From Laetmonice hystrix (Eukaryota), in the NCBI GenBank assembly GCA_965235115.1, contig OZ249451.1:1736001-1800000 (forward strand): 64,000 bases of DNA, written 5' to 3'. Below, one piece after another: positions 12,161 to 24,174 of this stretch (the stretch's first letter is position 1; the number at the start of each line of letters is the position of its first letter). Made by a program: the position numbers and the translations under genes. The notes below the pieces were generated by a model that did not search any database, was not told where the DNA came from, and saw only the letters and a program-made list of their open reading frames with translations.

Positions 12161-15100
12161 GCTGAGGTTCTGCGGGCGGGAAGTATGAGCTAGGTTAGGG
12201 TTTGGGCAGACGGCAATAGATTCGTAGTTCTTTCTACCACATTTCGTGGAGGATTTCCATGAGGATCTAACCCTACTAACCACTTTCCGACGAGATTATC
12301 ATATGTCACGAGATTTACGGTGTGTTACCGGAGTATTTGCCAGCCCAGGGCTCCTTTAGTCCAAATAAAAAGTGGCGTTAGATCGACCTATGGGTACACA
12401 ACCCTCGCATTGTCTGACTCGGGTTCGCCGACCACAGGCCCGGGAAAGGAGGCAGGTTGATACAATATGTCTGTGCCCCCCCCCCCCCGCTCTGCCGGGT
12501 CGGGGTTATGGGGGTACGGGGCCAGGCTGTACCCTAGCCGTGCTATTGTTGATGTTCACTGATGCTGTGTTACGTGCGCATACCCTGATGTATACCGAAT
12601 TGAGAACGCTAGCTGTCTGTTTGCCTAACTCGTTACATAAACCTAGACTGTTTCTTACAACACGACCGGTTAGTCGTACTGTCGGGTCGGGTATCACTCA
12701 CGTAGCGCCTCTCAGAGTGTGAAGGCGCGAGACTTCCGACTTCCGGTCAGCCCATTCTCACTATTGACACTTATTGCTTCCCATAAAATCTCTCACTTGC
12801 GTAATAATTCTCGAGCCTTTTCAAGATTCGATACAAACTGAGATTTCAAGTCTATTAAACTATAACAGAATAACATGATGAATTCTAAGTGTCTTCATGA
12901 CCTTACCCACATTAGTATGCCATATAGCCATGTGTGAAACTGTAAAACATGGTCGCCAGTTCCATGGCCACTCGGCACACGACAACCAGAGCATGTCTGA
13001 CACCACTATAACCAGTTCACAAATGGAAAAACCCCTCCGCCGGCCTCGACCAACACAGACAAACATCAGACTGGTGCTTGACCTGATAATATTTCAATCA
13101 AAACCCGTCCCAATAAAAAGATCGTGGTCCCACTCCTCGTTATGGCATACTATCCATATAAAAATGTTTTTGGTATAGGAGGAGCGGGAGATAAGGGAAA
13201 GTATGTAAGATTCTCAGAGGGTTCCCAACTGTATTAATCGATTCAGGGCGTGGCCCCATGACCTCCTGGGTTATGACCTTGGGAATTGTAATCAGTTTTT
13301 TGTACACATCTATAATACGACTCTGTAGAGGCATGTGATATCTATAAGATACATCTGTGCATGTTTTTATGTAAAGTTAGCACGAAATATTCTATCTCCG
13401 GTATGCAGGCACATCAACCTAGTTCACCTGTAGACAATTTCGAAGCAGAAATAATTATTTATATACCGTATACTAATAGACAGCTGTACTTATATACCCC
13501 GGCGTAATAATGATAAGTGAGATTATAGCGTTATCTCTGTTACTTAGTACCCTGCCAAGGTCATGGCGTAAGCCTACGTAACTCAGGAAGGAACGATTAA
13601 CCTGACCATCCGGGATCTTACATCAGTTAACTCCGTCCAAAGTTGTTAAAAAAGGTCGTCTAGAACCGGTTCGATGGTCTGGCTCCATTCTACGTCTATG
13701 CAAACCGTTAATGACGTGAAGTCTTGGCTGTCAACATTCTGTGTAAATACCACTAAACCTGGCTAACCAAGTCCTGCACAGATGTGTTTTACTAACTCTC
13801 CGACAGTCTATCCACACTGGTTGGCTTTGTGTCTGACTAACAACCACTTGGAGTTTTTAAACAGACACACAATTTTAAGATCGTCTTTCTGTTGTGGTAA
13901 GAAAACGATTATCGAGAATTGGGTTTAGCTCCGCTAGTCTGGTGGTTGGCCTGCTCATCTTGTCGTACTTAGATTATAAACATACAACCAACCAACAACA
14001 ATATGATATGTAAACAGTTGAATGTGGTCATCTTGTCAATCGTCATTTCTCTATTGTTCTCATTCCCTTTTGATTTATTCCTTTTCTAGAAAAGTAAAAC
14101 TGAACCTTAATACTGCTTGGCCTAATTCGACATTATTGTACGTGGCCATGTCTTCCTACATGCAGGTATAAATAAGGCCTCTTTTAAAGTGCCCTCTTAT
14201 TATTATGTCGTTGTTTATTTCAATAATTGTTGTGTATGTACTACATAACTCTGATTACACGTGAAGAGTTTACGGATCGGAACCGCCATACCATGAATTC
14301 ACAGTTATTAAAACGTCAAATAATGAAAGTATTTAGAATGGGCTGTCAGGCGTTACATTAGTTTCCATGACAGAATCTTTTCATTTTAATGAATACCGAT
14401 ATTCACACAAGTGCACAGCTCTGGCAAAAGAAATAGGTTGATTGGCATCAGAGCCCAAGAGCCGCTTTGACCAATATCTTTCCACATTGAAATATATTAC
14501 TATTGCCACTCTCTGAGAGGTTGAAGGAATGTGGTTTGTTCGGTAGATGTTTCCAAAAACGCTCAATGAATAGCAATGCTTTAAGGTATAAAAAAAATTG
14601 TTTGCGACAGAACTCTCGGCGGTGAGTGAGGCGGCATAATAAACCTGATCTGTAAATGTCAGTTCTAGCCCCACAAAAGATGAGATCGTACAATTAGTTA
14701 CCGCAAACAGTAGGCGGTCGTAAAGTTAATTTGAAAGAAACCCACAGAGACATGACAAGTCTTCATCATCGTCCAGTACTGACGTAAGCCATGGAATCAT
14801 ACTCGTCATTGAATCTAGGGACCTTTTGTAGACGTAACACTTACATCAGGAAGAAACTCTTCTGAGACTTCAAAATCCGTGACCCGCGAGAAACCGATAG
14901 AAATCGGTGTGAATGGATCACTTTGATGACAATTACCACTCAGTTTTATTTCAAACGTCGTTCAGCTAGCAAGTAAACCGTCCAGGAACAGGAATACGAA
15001 CCTAATTTGTCGTTCATGACAAATAAAGAAGAAAGTAATCAAAAGAAAGAGGTTCAACAGATTTCTGGACTCCCAACAAAGCACTGTGAATATTAACATC

Positions 15101-16212
15101 ACCAATAACATGTAATGGGGTCATAGTTCCCCATTTTTGTGGGCAGATTACGAAATTTCACACATGAAATCGCACTGAGAAACTCGGGAGTTTCACCAAG
15201 GTGAGGGAGTAGGTCAGAGGTGTCGTTGGCATAACTAGGTTTCTAAGGATACATTCCTCTGCTGGTTATCACATAGAGCGTCTTTATCCTTTTGACATAT
15301 AGAGCGAGAATTATGGATACCATGTTTTTCTCTTCCCTAAGCAGAAGTAGAACGCGTAGACTCTCTACTTTTCTCTTTTTTTTGTAACCGATTATGACAT
15401 TTCAAGGTGACTAACAGAAAGCTGGACTCTGTGGCCGGAGGGATGTTATTAGTCCAGGGTCTCTCTGTCTCTGGCATTCCTAACCCGACTCCTTCCTACG
15501 CAGTGGGTTATGACGCCTCTAACAAGTTATGATATATAACAGTGCGCTTTTTTAGTTTGTCCCTCTGGCCATAATCACCACTCTACCCTCTCGTGGGATG
15601 TCTGTGTGGCCATGACATTCTCTTTGTTCGTCCTGTTGACTTGAGTATATTCATATTCCCCAACTAACCCTAAATATAAATACCCTTTCAATTGTAGCCA
15701 TTACTATATGTCTTTTTGCATACATTGACATAATTATCTTCTATGTGTTTGGATGTGTACATTTCGAAATTAGATTTCCCCCTTCTTAGACTTGCCGGTG
15801 AGAACATATATCAGTAGAAGTATGGTGCTGCCATGGGTCAGACTGTTGTGTAGAGGTATATTCTATGATGTCCCTTTAAGGTATCGCTCGGTCCGTCCCT
15901 TTGACCGCTATACTCTGACTTTAGGAAATGAACTGATTGTCAGTCTGTCAGTCTGGTAATTATTTTGACCTTGAAGGACTACACTGTGTGACATGGAGAG
16001 CGGTGTAGAATGCAGAGATCCCGTTTGACTTTCTGCCCACGAGAGGGCGAGACTGTTCCACAGTGACACCGCCAATTGACACGGCACACATCACACTCTC
16101 TGGATCTCATCATAACTCGGAGGTCATGGTCCAATAGACCGGCCGTATGTCTCACTTTTATTTGCGGGTGTGTGTAAGTTTACGTCCCATATTTTTATAT
16201 ATCTTCGAAATA

Positions 16213-16213
16213 A

Positions 16214-16259
<46 letters not shown>
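16213..16259. repeat. (AG)n microsatellite
   Basis: AG run with one interruption. Confidence 0.95.
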
Positions 16260-16261
<2 letters not shown>

Positions 16262-16420
16262 TTGCACACGAAGAGCTTGTCAACATGCCTTATAATCACT
16301 GACACGAACGCCCACCCACTTCGATGACGTCATCAACCCACCATCCGGGCTCCTGGAGTCAGGTCTTCAGCTGACGGTAGGGTAACGGCACCGGAGACAC
16401 GTTCAGGTCGGCTGCGGTCT

Positions 16421-17463
16421 ACTGGTTACACCAAGGACACTCCGGCCACGAGCCACCCTGACAACGACGGTCCACTGGTTACACCATGGACACTCCGGCC
16501 ACGAGCCACCCTGACAACGACAGTCCACTGGTTACACCATGGACACTCCGGCCACGAGCCACCCTGACAACGACGGTCCACTACAACATGGACACTCCGG
16601 CCCCGAGCCACCCTGACAACGACAGTCCACTGGTTACACCATGGACACTCCGGCCACGAGCCACCCTGACAACGACTGTCCACTGGTTACACAACGACGG
16701 TCCACTGGTTACACCATGGACACTCCGGCCACGAGCCACCCTGACAACGACAGTCCACTGGTTACACCATGGACACTCCGGCCACGAGCCACCCTGACAA
16801 CGACTGTCCACTGGTTACACAACGACGGTCCACTGGTTACACCATGGACACTCCGGCCACGAGCCACCCTGACAACGACTGTCCACTGGTTACACAACGA
16901 CGGTCCACTGGTTACACCATGGACACTCCGGCCACGAGCCACCCTGACAACGACTGTCCACTGGTTACACAACGACGGTCCACTGGTTACACCATGGACA
17001 CTCCGGCCACGAGCCACCCTGACAACGACTGTCCACTGGTTACACAACGACGGTCCACTGGTTACACCATGGACACTCCGGCCACGAGCCACCCTGACAA
17101 CGACTGTCCACTGGTTACACAACGACGGTCCACTGGTTACACCATGGACACTCCGGCCACGAGCCACCCTGACAACGACTGTCCACTGGTTACACAACGA
17201 CGGTCCACTGGTTACACCATGGACACTCCGGCCACGAGCCACCCTGACAACGACTGTCCACTGGTTACACAACGACGGTCCACTGGTTACACCATGGACA
17301 CTCCGGCCACGAGCCACCCTGACAACGACAGTCCACTGGTTACACCATGGACACTCCGGCCACGAGCCACCCTGACAACGACTGTCCACTATAGTTACAC
17401 CGTGGACACTCCGGCCACGAGCCACCCTGACAACGACAGTCCACTGGTTACACCATGGACCCA
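16421..17463. repeat. Compound minisatellite of 53-bp and derived 75-bp units
   Basis: 53-bp unit gttacaccatggacactccggccacgagccaccctgacaacgacggtccactg; the 75-bp unit is the 53-mer plus the 22-bp internal duplication gttacacaacgacggtccactg. Confidence 0.93.
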
Positions 17464-17591
17464 CCAAACCAAACATTCAAACAATGGTCCCTCAATTTAA
17501 TTTGTTGGTGATGATGATCCTTTCATGGGGAATGTTAAGCCGGAATCCTAGATGATATAAATACCATCGAAAATGTGACTGGGAAATCCTT

Positions 17592-17759
17592 ATATCTTAG
17601 AGAGGGCTACCACCACACTAGAGGTCATTATTGATATCTTAGAGAGGGCCACCACCACACTAGAGGTCATTATTGATATCTTAGAGAGGGCTACCACCAC
17701 ACTAGAGGTCATTATTTATATCTTAGAGAGGGCTACCACCACACTAGAGGTCATTATTT
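17592..17759. repeat. 42-bp tandem repeat, 4 copies
   Basis: Unit atatcttagagagggctaccaccacactagaggtcattattg. Confidence 0.93.
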
Positions 17760-20372
17760 AAAGTGACTCAGTGGACCGCATACCTTATAAAACGGGGCTG
17801 ACTTGGACCACTTTCTGACAAAGCTATTCTGACCCGCACTAGTCTTATTAAGTGAAATCAAGTAGGCCACCCATAATACATGGACTTAACCTTGAAATGT
17901 GAAGCAGACAGAACCGAACATAGGATATGGGTAGAAACATCTTAAAGATGCTACTTGAAGTTTGGGTGTTATTAAACACCAAAACCCCTACAGCGTTCTC
18001 GGGAACCAGGCTAACCTTTAAACGGGTCAGGTTATTTCATTATCCCGATGTTGTGTGCCGACTATTCTGGACGGGCGAACGATGTCCAGAAAATGTTCTC
18101 TGCGTATTAAAGATTGAACAAGTCCGTTTCTTTATTTCATATTTAACGTTACATGACTTTAGGAGACGTTGCGCTACTTGACGCTGCACTGTACCATATT
18201 ACGTGACGTTACGTCATGTTACTCGACGTTACGTCATGGTATGTGGTGTTATACGTTATATTATTCTATGTAGCGCCAATTACAGTTGGTAAGGACAAAA
18301 TCTGTCTAATCCTAGCAGACGTATAAATCACGAAGATGTAGTCAGTCACCTGTTTGGTCATGACCAAGACTATATATCCGATTAACATATATCCAGTAGG
18401 CGTTTAGAAACGGTCAACAGAAAATACACGATCCGTTCTTTATTACAGACCCTAGCTCACGGCTTCCGGATACGATTTTTTTTGTGGTTACATTTAAAAA
18501 ATTCTGGTATGCCCTTTGCTCTACCTATGTGTACCTATGCGGTATGCTGGTTTACCAATGTAATGCTAACTTATGTTACTTTATCTGGGCAGGGAACCAG
18601 AAGGTAAACATAAACATTGAGGCAATAAAAGCGTAGGATGTTTGCTTTTGGGACAATGTTAAAGTCGCCAAGAGCCATATGGTTTTGTTCCCTAAATCGA
18701 CCCCCTATGAGTTTGCCTCCTAGGAGAAGTGTTGCTAGTGAGACTACAGTAACACTTCCTCAAGCACCTCAGTTCATCTCGGCAAATATATTCACGAAGC
18801 AGACAAACATAACAAAGATGGCAACTCAATGGAACGATTTTGTCTTTGCAGCGGCCGTAACGTCGTGTCGTCGTTGTATGGACGCTGGGATCGTTTGGAG
18901 ACGGTCGTATGGAGAACGCCGACCGAACAGAGCCAGTCGTGGTGGCATTGAACAAACGGCGGTGGTTACTCCGTGGGCGGGACTTGTTGACCTTGGGGCA
19001 TTGGATGGCAGAGCAGACGACAGAAGTAACCCGCGGTAAACAGCAGTCAGTTGAAGGGAAGCTCCTGCCAGAAAGCGGTCAGAATTGGACAGTCACGTCA
19101 CGGAGCGGATGTCGCGGTGCTACTGTAGAACCCACCTACGGCTGTCGTAAAGAGAATAAAATCATTTACAATCTTGTGGACCTGTCCGGGAGGTCCTTAC
19201 GTGACATTGTCAGACGACGAGTCTGCGCCGGTAGCGATTGCATGTCAAAACTCTTGTTAATTAGGATTCTTTATAAAGGGAATTAACTGAGGACCTTTCA
19301 CACTTGTTTAAGTCATAAACGAGGACAGTTCTAAGAAATTACTACTATTAGGCCTAGATTAAACCAGATTTTATACAAGACTTTTTGCAAGTTAATGCAC
19401 TGAATGACATGTCTATCAATGTACTAATAAAATAATTTAATAAATAAGAATTGTCTTTTGCTTTTAGGGTGGGATTGAAGTTAATTTGTGAGGATCTAGG
19501 GGAAACTGCTAGCCTGTATTCCCATCGGGTTTCCGTGGGATGGGGTCCGTCTGGTAAGGACCAAACAGTGGCGGCACCTAGCGGACGGAATAAAACAGGA
19601 CCTTTGCCCCGTTCTGTGGTACCCTGTCAGCCGGAGACGGCCGGGACGGGGGTTTGGCGGGCACCCCAAATATTGTAATGTTGACTCTGGTTGGCAGGCT
19701 GACCGCCAGGCCACTGTGTTACGTACACTAGTCGTTATACCATCACCTGAGGTGGCTGTGAAGGACATGTTTGACGCTGGGCCCGGCGCCTGGCTGAGCT
19801 CTCTCAGCCCAAACAATCTGATCCCCGCCCCCACCCCCGGCTCACAGATCAGGTAGCTGTTAAATCTCCTCATGTTCCAGCAAACTCTGGTCACACTCGC
19901 TGGTGTGGGTCGGCACGGAAATCTCCTATCATTAAAAGATCATGCCTGCCTTCTGTCTGCAGAGTTGGTAGATGTTCTCCCATTCCATATCACCAGGAGA
20001 TTCAGGGTGGGATCCAAGTCGGCGCCAGGGATCTTTGAGCTTGAATGTTAACCACCTCCACAATAAATATATATATATCCATCACGGTTACAACTTTAGT
20101 AAGTTCTTGATGATAGTTGAGAGTACGAGTCAAACACCCAGTAACAGTTTGCTAACTCTTTGGGACAGGGCAGTACCAGTGTCGCCTATGAGTACTAGGC
20201 TGAGTAGCACGAACATTCAGACCACACTGCTAGCCGTCAATCCTACAGTGCTCCTGTATTTGAGGGATCAGTCTGCGGTTTAACCCGGATCATGTCGGGG
20301 AGGAGTCAACTCGAGTCGAGTTAATCTCATCTCGCGGGTCAGTGCTGTAGGCATGCGGAGAGGAAGGTCTCC

Positions 20373-21070
20373 GGAGTCGGGTGTAGTGACACTCATACTG
20401 GGCCCTTCCAGGTCCCAGGAGTCGGGCGGAGTGACACTGAGTCTCGTACTGGGCCCTTCCAGGTCCCAGGAGTCGGGTGTAGTGACACTCGTACTGGGCC
20501 CTTCCAGGTCCCAGGAGTCGGGCGTAGTGACACTCGTACTGGGCCCTTCCAGGTCCCAGGAGTCGGGTGTAGTGACACTCGTACTGGGCCCTTCCAGGTC
20601 CCAGGAGTCGGGCGAAGTGACACTCGTACTGGGCCCTTCCAGGTCCCAGGAGTCGGGCGTAGTGACACTGAGTCTCGTACTGGGCCCTTCCAGGTCCCAT
20701 GAGTCTGGTGTAGTGACACTGAGTCTCGTACTGGGCCCTTCCAGGTCCCAGGAGTCGGGCATAGTGACACTCGTACTGGGCCCTACCATGTCACAAGGAG
20801 TGACACTCGGACTGGGCCCTACCATGTCACAGGGAGTGACACTCGGACTGGGCACCATGTCCCAGGAGTCGGGCGGAGTGACACTCGTACTGGGCACCAT
20901 GTCCCAGGAGTCGGCCGGAGTGACACTCGTACTGGGCACCATGTCCCAGGGAGTGACACTCGTACTGGGCACCATGTCCCAGGGAGTGACACTCGTACTG
21001 GGCACCATGTCCCAGGAGTCGGGCGGAGTGACACTCGTACTGGGCACCATGTCCCAGGAGTCGGGCGGTG
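20373..21070. repeat. Minisatellite with 45/51/36/42/33-bp unit variants
   Basis: Core gagtcgggcgtagtgacactcgtactgggcccttccaggtcccag, grading into ggcaccatgtcccag variants. Confidence 0.92.
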
Positions 21071-21391
21071 ACAACCACTGAATATCTCACGGTCAACGCC
21101 TCCTCTGCCTCACTGCCGCCATCGGTCACAGCCGACTGCCTCGTTTTGATGTACCTTGAAGAGTAATGTTAGTTGGATCCAAGTAATCTATGATAATATA
21201 ATACATTGTGTGAGACGTGACCATACCTGTGAATCCGTCCCAGAACACTTTAAACAGGAAACATTGAAAGATGGCTGGGTGGTTTTGGCAGGCGACGTGT
21301 TCCGCTTACAAACGGGTCAGCTGAAGATTATTAACGGTCACTGGAAGATGTGCAGTGGCACCTGTTCTATCTCTGGTAACAAGATAAAGAA

Positions 21392-21745
21392 CGCACACAC
21401 CCGCACGCACGAACCAATAAAAACACACCCGCACACAAATAAAACACACACACCCGCACGCACGAACCAATAAAAACACATCCACACCCAAATAAAACAC
21501 ACACACCCGCACGCACGAACCAATAAAAACACACCCGCACACAAATAAAACACACACACCCGCACGCACGAACCAATAAAAACACATCCACACCCAAATA
21601 AAACACACACACCCGCACGCACGAACCAATAAAAACACATCCACACACAAATAAAACACACACACCCGCACGCACGAACCAATAAAAACACACCCGCACA
21701 CAAATAAAACACACACACCCCAACCAATAAAACACACACACACAC
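21392..21745. repeat. CA-rich 53-bp tandem repeat, about 6 copies
   Basis: Unit cccgcacgcacgaaccaataaaaacacacccgcacacaaataaaacacacaca. Confidence 0.9.
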
Positions 21746-21880
21746 TCCTGCAAGGCCCTTTGTAGGTTTATACCATAGGCATCATTTATTGCTATTACCC
21801 TTTCACTATTACCAGAGTACATGTTTCAGTAGACCCTGGGACAATGCCCCCAACTGACAACATCATTCCTGGGGAGTATA

Positions 21881-22035
21881 CCTGATAACTAGGAGCTATC
21901 TTGGAGAGTAAGCCTGATAACTAGGAGCTATCTTGGGGAGTAAGCCTGATAACTAGGAGCTATCTTGGGGAGTAAGCCTGATAGCTAGGAGCTATCTTGG
22001 GGAGTAAGCCTGATAACTAGGAGCTATCTTGGGGG
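21881..22035. repeat. 32-bp tandem repeat, about 5 copies
   Basis: Unit cctgataactaggagctatcttggggagtaag. Confidence 0.92.
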
Positions 22036-22728
22036 TATGGTAATGACGACGAGTGGGTCAGGAGATAGCTACCATAGCTGTGCATAGAGTATGAAATCAC
22101 TTTTCTGCACTTGAAAACCTTCCCCTTTCCGCTGACCTTTCCAAAATGAACTAACTGGCGAACAGTTGGCCCTATAGATGAGATCCGTGTGGCGTTATTA
22201 CGTATCTCGATGACTTGTCCGTGATCCAAATCAGGACCTGCTTCTCTTGGCACAAGTCCGTGCTCTCTGAAGTTTTACGAGTGCACTAAACTCTCTGACA
22301 GGATTCCAAGGCTCGGTGTATGGACATGAATGGGATGGCTGTATGAAGGGGCATGTGATGGGGTGGATTCACCTTCTGTCAATAGATAGTGTTCAGGGAT
22401 GAGTGCCTCTCGTGGCAACCCCCCAGACACTGCCGAAATCATCGTCTTCCAGAGGGGGTCCTGCCAATCTCGCTGCCAATATATCCGGTAAATTATATCC
22501 TGCTGACTGGAAGAGTAATTTTCCAGGGATCAGGAGGGTTAATTTGGTAATATTTTCGGGATCTTGAGCTCTCTTAACCTGCAATTACCCTGTTATGTGA
22601 AGCTAGGTAGAACACGGGTCGAGATAAAACCATTGAGACACATATATAACCACCCAAGTATATAACACAGGGTGGTTTTAGGCTTGCTGACGTTTAACAA
22701 CAGGAACTAGCTGTAGGCTGGGTGGTCG

Positions 22729-23337
22729 AGGCCCTGCTCACCTCTAACAGAGTGAGTTGTGGTTTTGTAGGCCTTGCTGACCTCTAACAGACAGCTGTGG
22801 TTCTGTAGGCCCTTCTGACCTCTAACAGAGTGAGTTGTGGTTTTGTAGGCCCTGCTGACCTCTAACAGACAGTGAGCTGTGGTTTTGTAGGCCCTGCTGA
22901 CCTCTAATAGGGAGGGAGTTGTGGTTTTGTAGGCCCTGCTCACCTCTAACAGGAAGCGAGTTGTGGTTTTGTAGGCTCTGCTCACCTCTAACAGAGTGAG
23001 CTGTGGTTTATATAGGCCCTGCTGGCCTCTAACAGGGAGTGAGTTGTGGTCCTGCTGGCCTCTAACAGAGAGTGAGTTGTGGTTTTGTAGGCCCTGATGA
23101 CCTCTAACAGAGAGTGACTTGTGGTTTTGTAGGCCCTGATGACCTCTAACAGGGAGTAAGTTGTGGTTTTGTAGGCCCTGATGACCTCTAACAGGGAGTA
23201 AGTTGTGGTTTTGTAGGCCCTGATGACCTCTAACAGAGAGTGAGGTGTGGTTTTGTAGGCCCTGATGACCTCTAACAGGGAGTGAGTTGTGGTCCTGCTG
23301 GCCTCTAACAGAGAGTGAGGTGTGGTTTTGTAGGCCC
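22729..23337. repeat. About 42-bp minisatellite, about 14 copies
   Basis: Unit gtaggccctgctgacctctaacagagagtgagttgtggtttt with variants. Confidence 0.92.
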
Positions 23338-23760
23338 TTTTCTGTTGATCGATTCCCTCGTCATGCGGCTGAAGCCATTACACATATTATCGCCCACGCA
23401 CATCGGAATAGACGTTTTTTGAAATGAAGAAATAATCCGCTTGTTTACGATAAAGACAATAATGACAGTTATAGAAGAGACTGAGAGAAGAAAGAGAGAC
23501 GAAACGACCTGGGGGCATGGCTGCATGGTCAAGAAAACTCTGCTGTCTGTCTACTGGTAGCTTGAAGTAGCTGGTCAGAATGTGGTGCCAAACGTCCTTC
23601 TGGATTTTAATGTCCTTGGGGCGGCCCCATTGCCAGGCAGGCAGCATGTTGGCGGAATGACGCATAGTTTTCCAGTTCGACTGTCATTCATTGTAAACGA
23701 CCACTGGTGTTGTAAGGCATGCACCTTTCAAGACATGCCTTTAGTTTAGAATGACCGTGG

Positions 23761-24174
23761 CTGCCAATATAGGGAGGGAGCGTAAGTCTCGTGACTGAAA
23801 ACGAGGTTCGGTTTGACCTAGTTAGAGCGCTGGCGACATGCAGCTTCCGTTACGTCACAATTCCCCATTGGTTTAACATAGGGCGAGCGTACACCTCTCC
23901 AAACATCGGCCTTTCTTTTGACAATTAAATATTTTTTAAGTATGAAGTGTATTTTTTCTAACATAAGGGATGTTTGTTCTGATGTATAGTAAGTTTGATA
24001 ACAAAGAGAACAGTAATTGTGGAGTTATCAGTTAGAACGTTTTTTCAATGGGCCTCCCAATGCTAAATGAACGGAACCGGAATTTGGCTGGCGCCAGTTT
24101 AGGCCTCCAAACCGCATTTCTCGTCGATTCACGCATTGTGACGTGACATACTTACGCTCCCTATAGATTGCCAG
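23761..24174. mobile_element. Candidate MITE / non-autonomous DNA transposon remnant (about 414 bp)
   Basis: Perfect 13-bp inverted repeat agggagcgtaagt (23775-23787) / acttacgctccct (24150-24162), with imperfect outward extension (ctgccaatat vs ctggcaatctat). No ORF and no clear target-site duplication. Confidence 0.5.

Noticed and set aside
16426-17500. ORFs of up to 255 aa
   Set aside because: Produced by a stop-free 75-bp repeat, open in several frames on both strands, and frameshifted at the 53-bp units.
18638-19286. Two overlapping + strand ORFs (133 and 125 aa)
   Set aside because: No domain recognised; could be decayed mobile-element sequence but cannot be supported.
21306-21822. 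Cys/Val-rich ORFs
   Set aside because: Translation of a (TG)-rich 53-bp repeat in all three frames.
22017-23665. Minus-strand open stretches (e.g. YRIYWQRDWQDPLWKTMISAV; MRHSANMLPAWQWGRP) as a possible pseudogene
   Set aside because: Interrupted by stops, no recognisable domain, no consistent exon chain.
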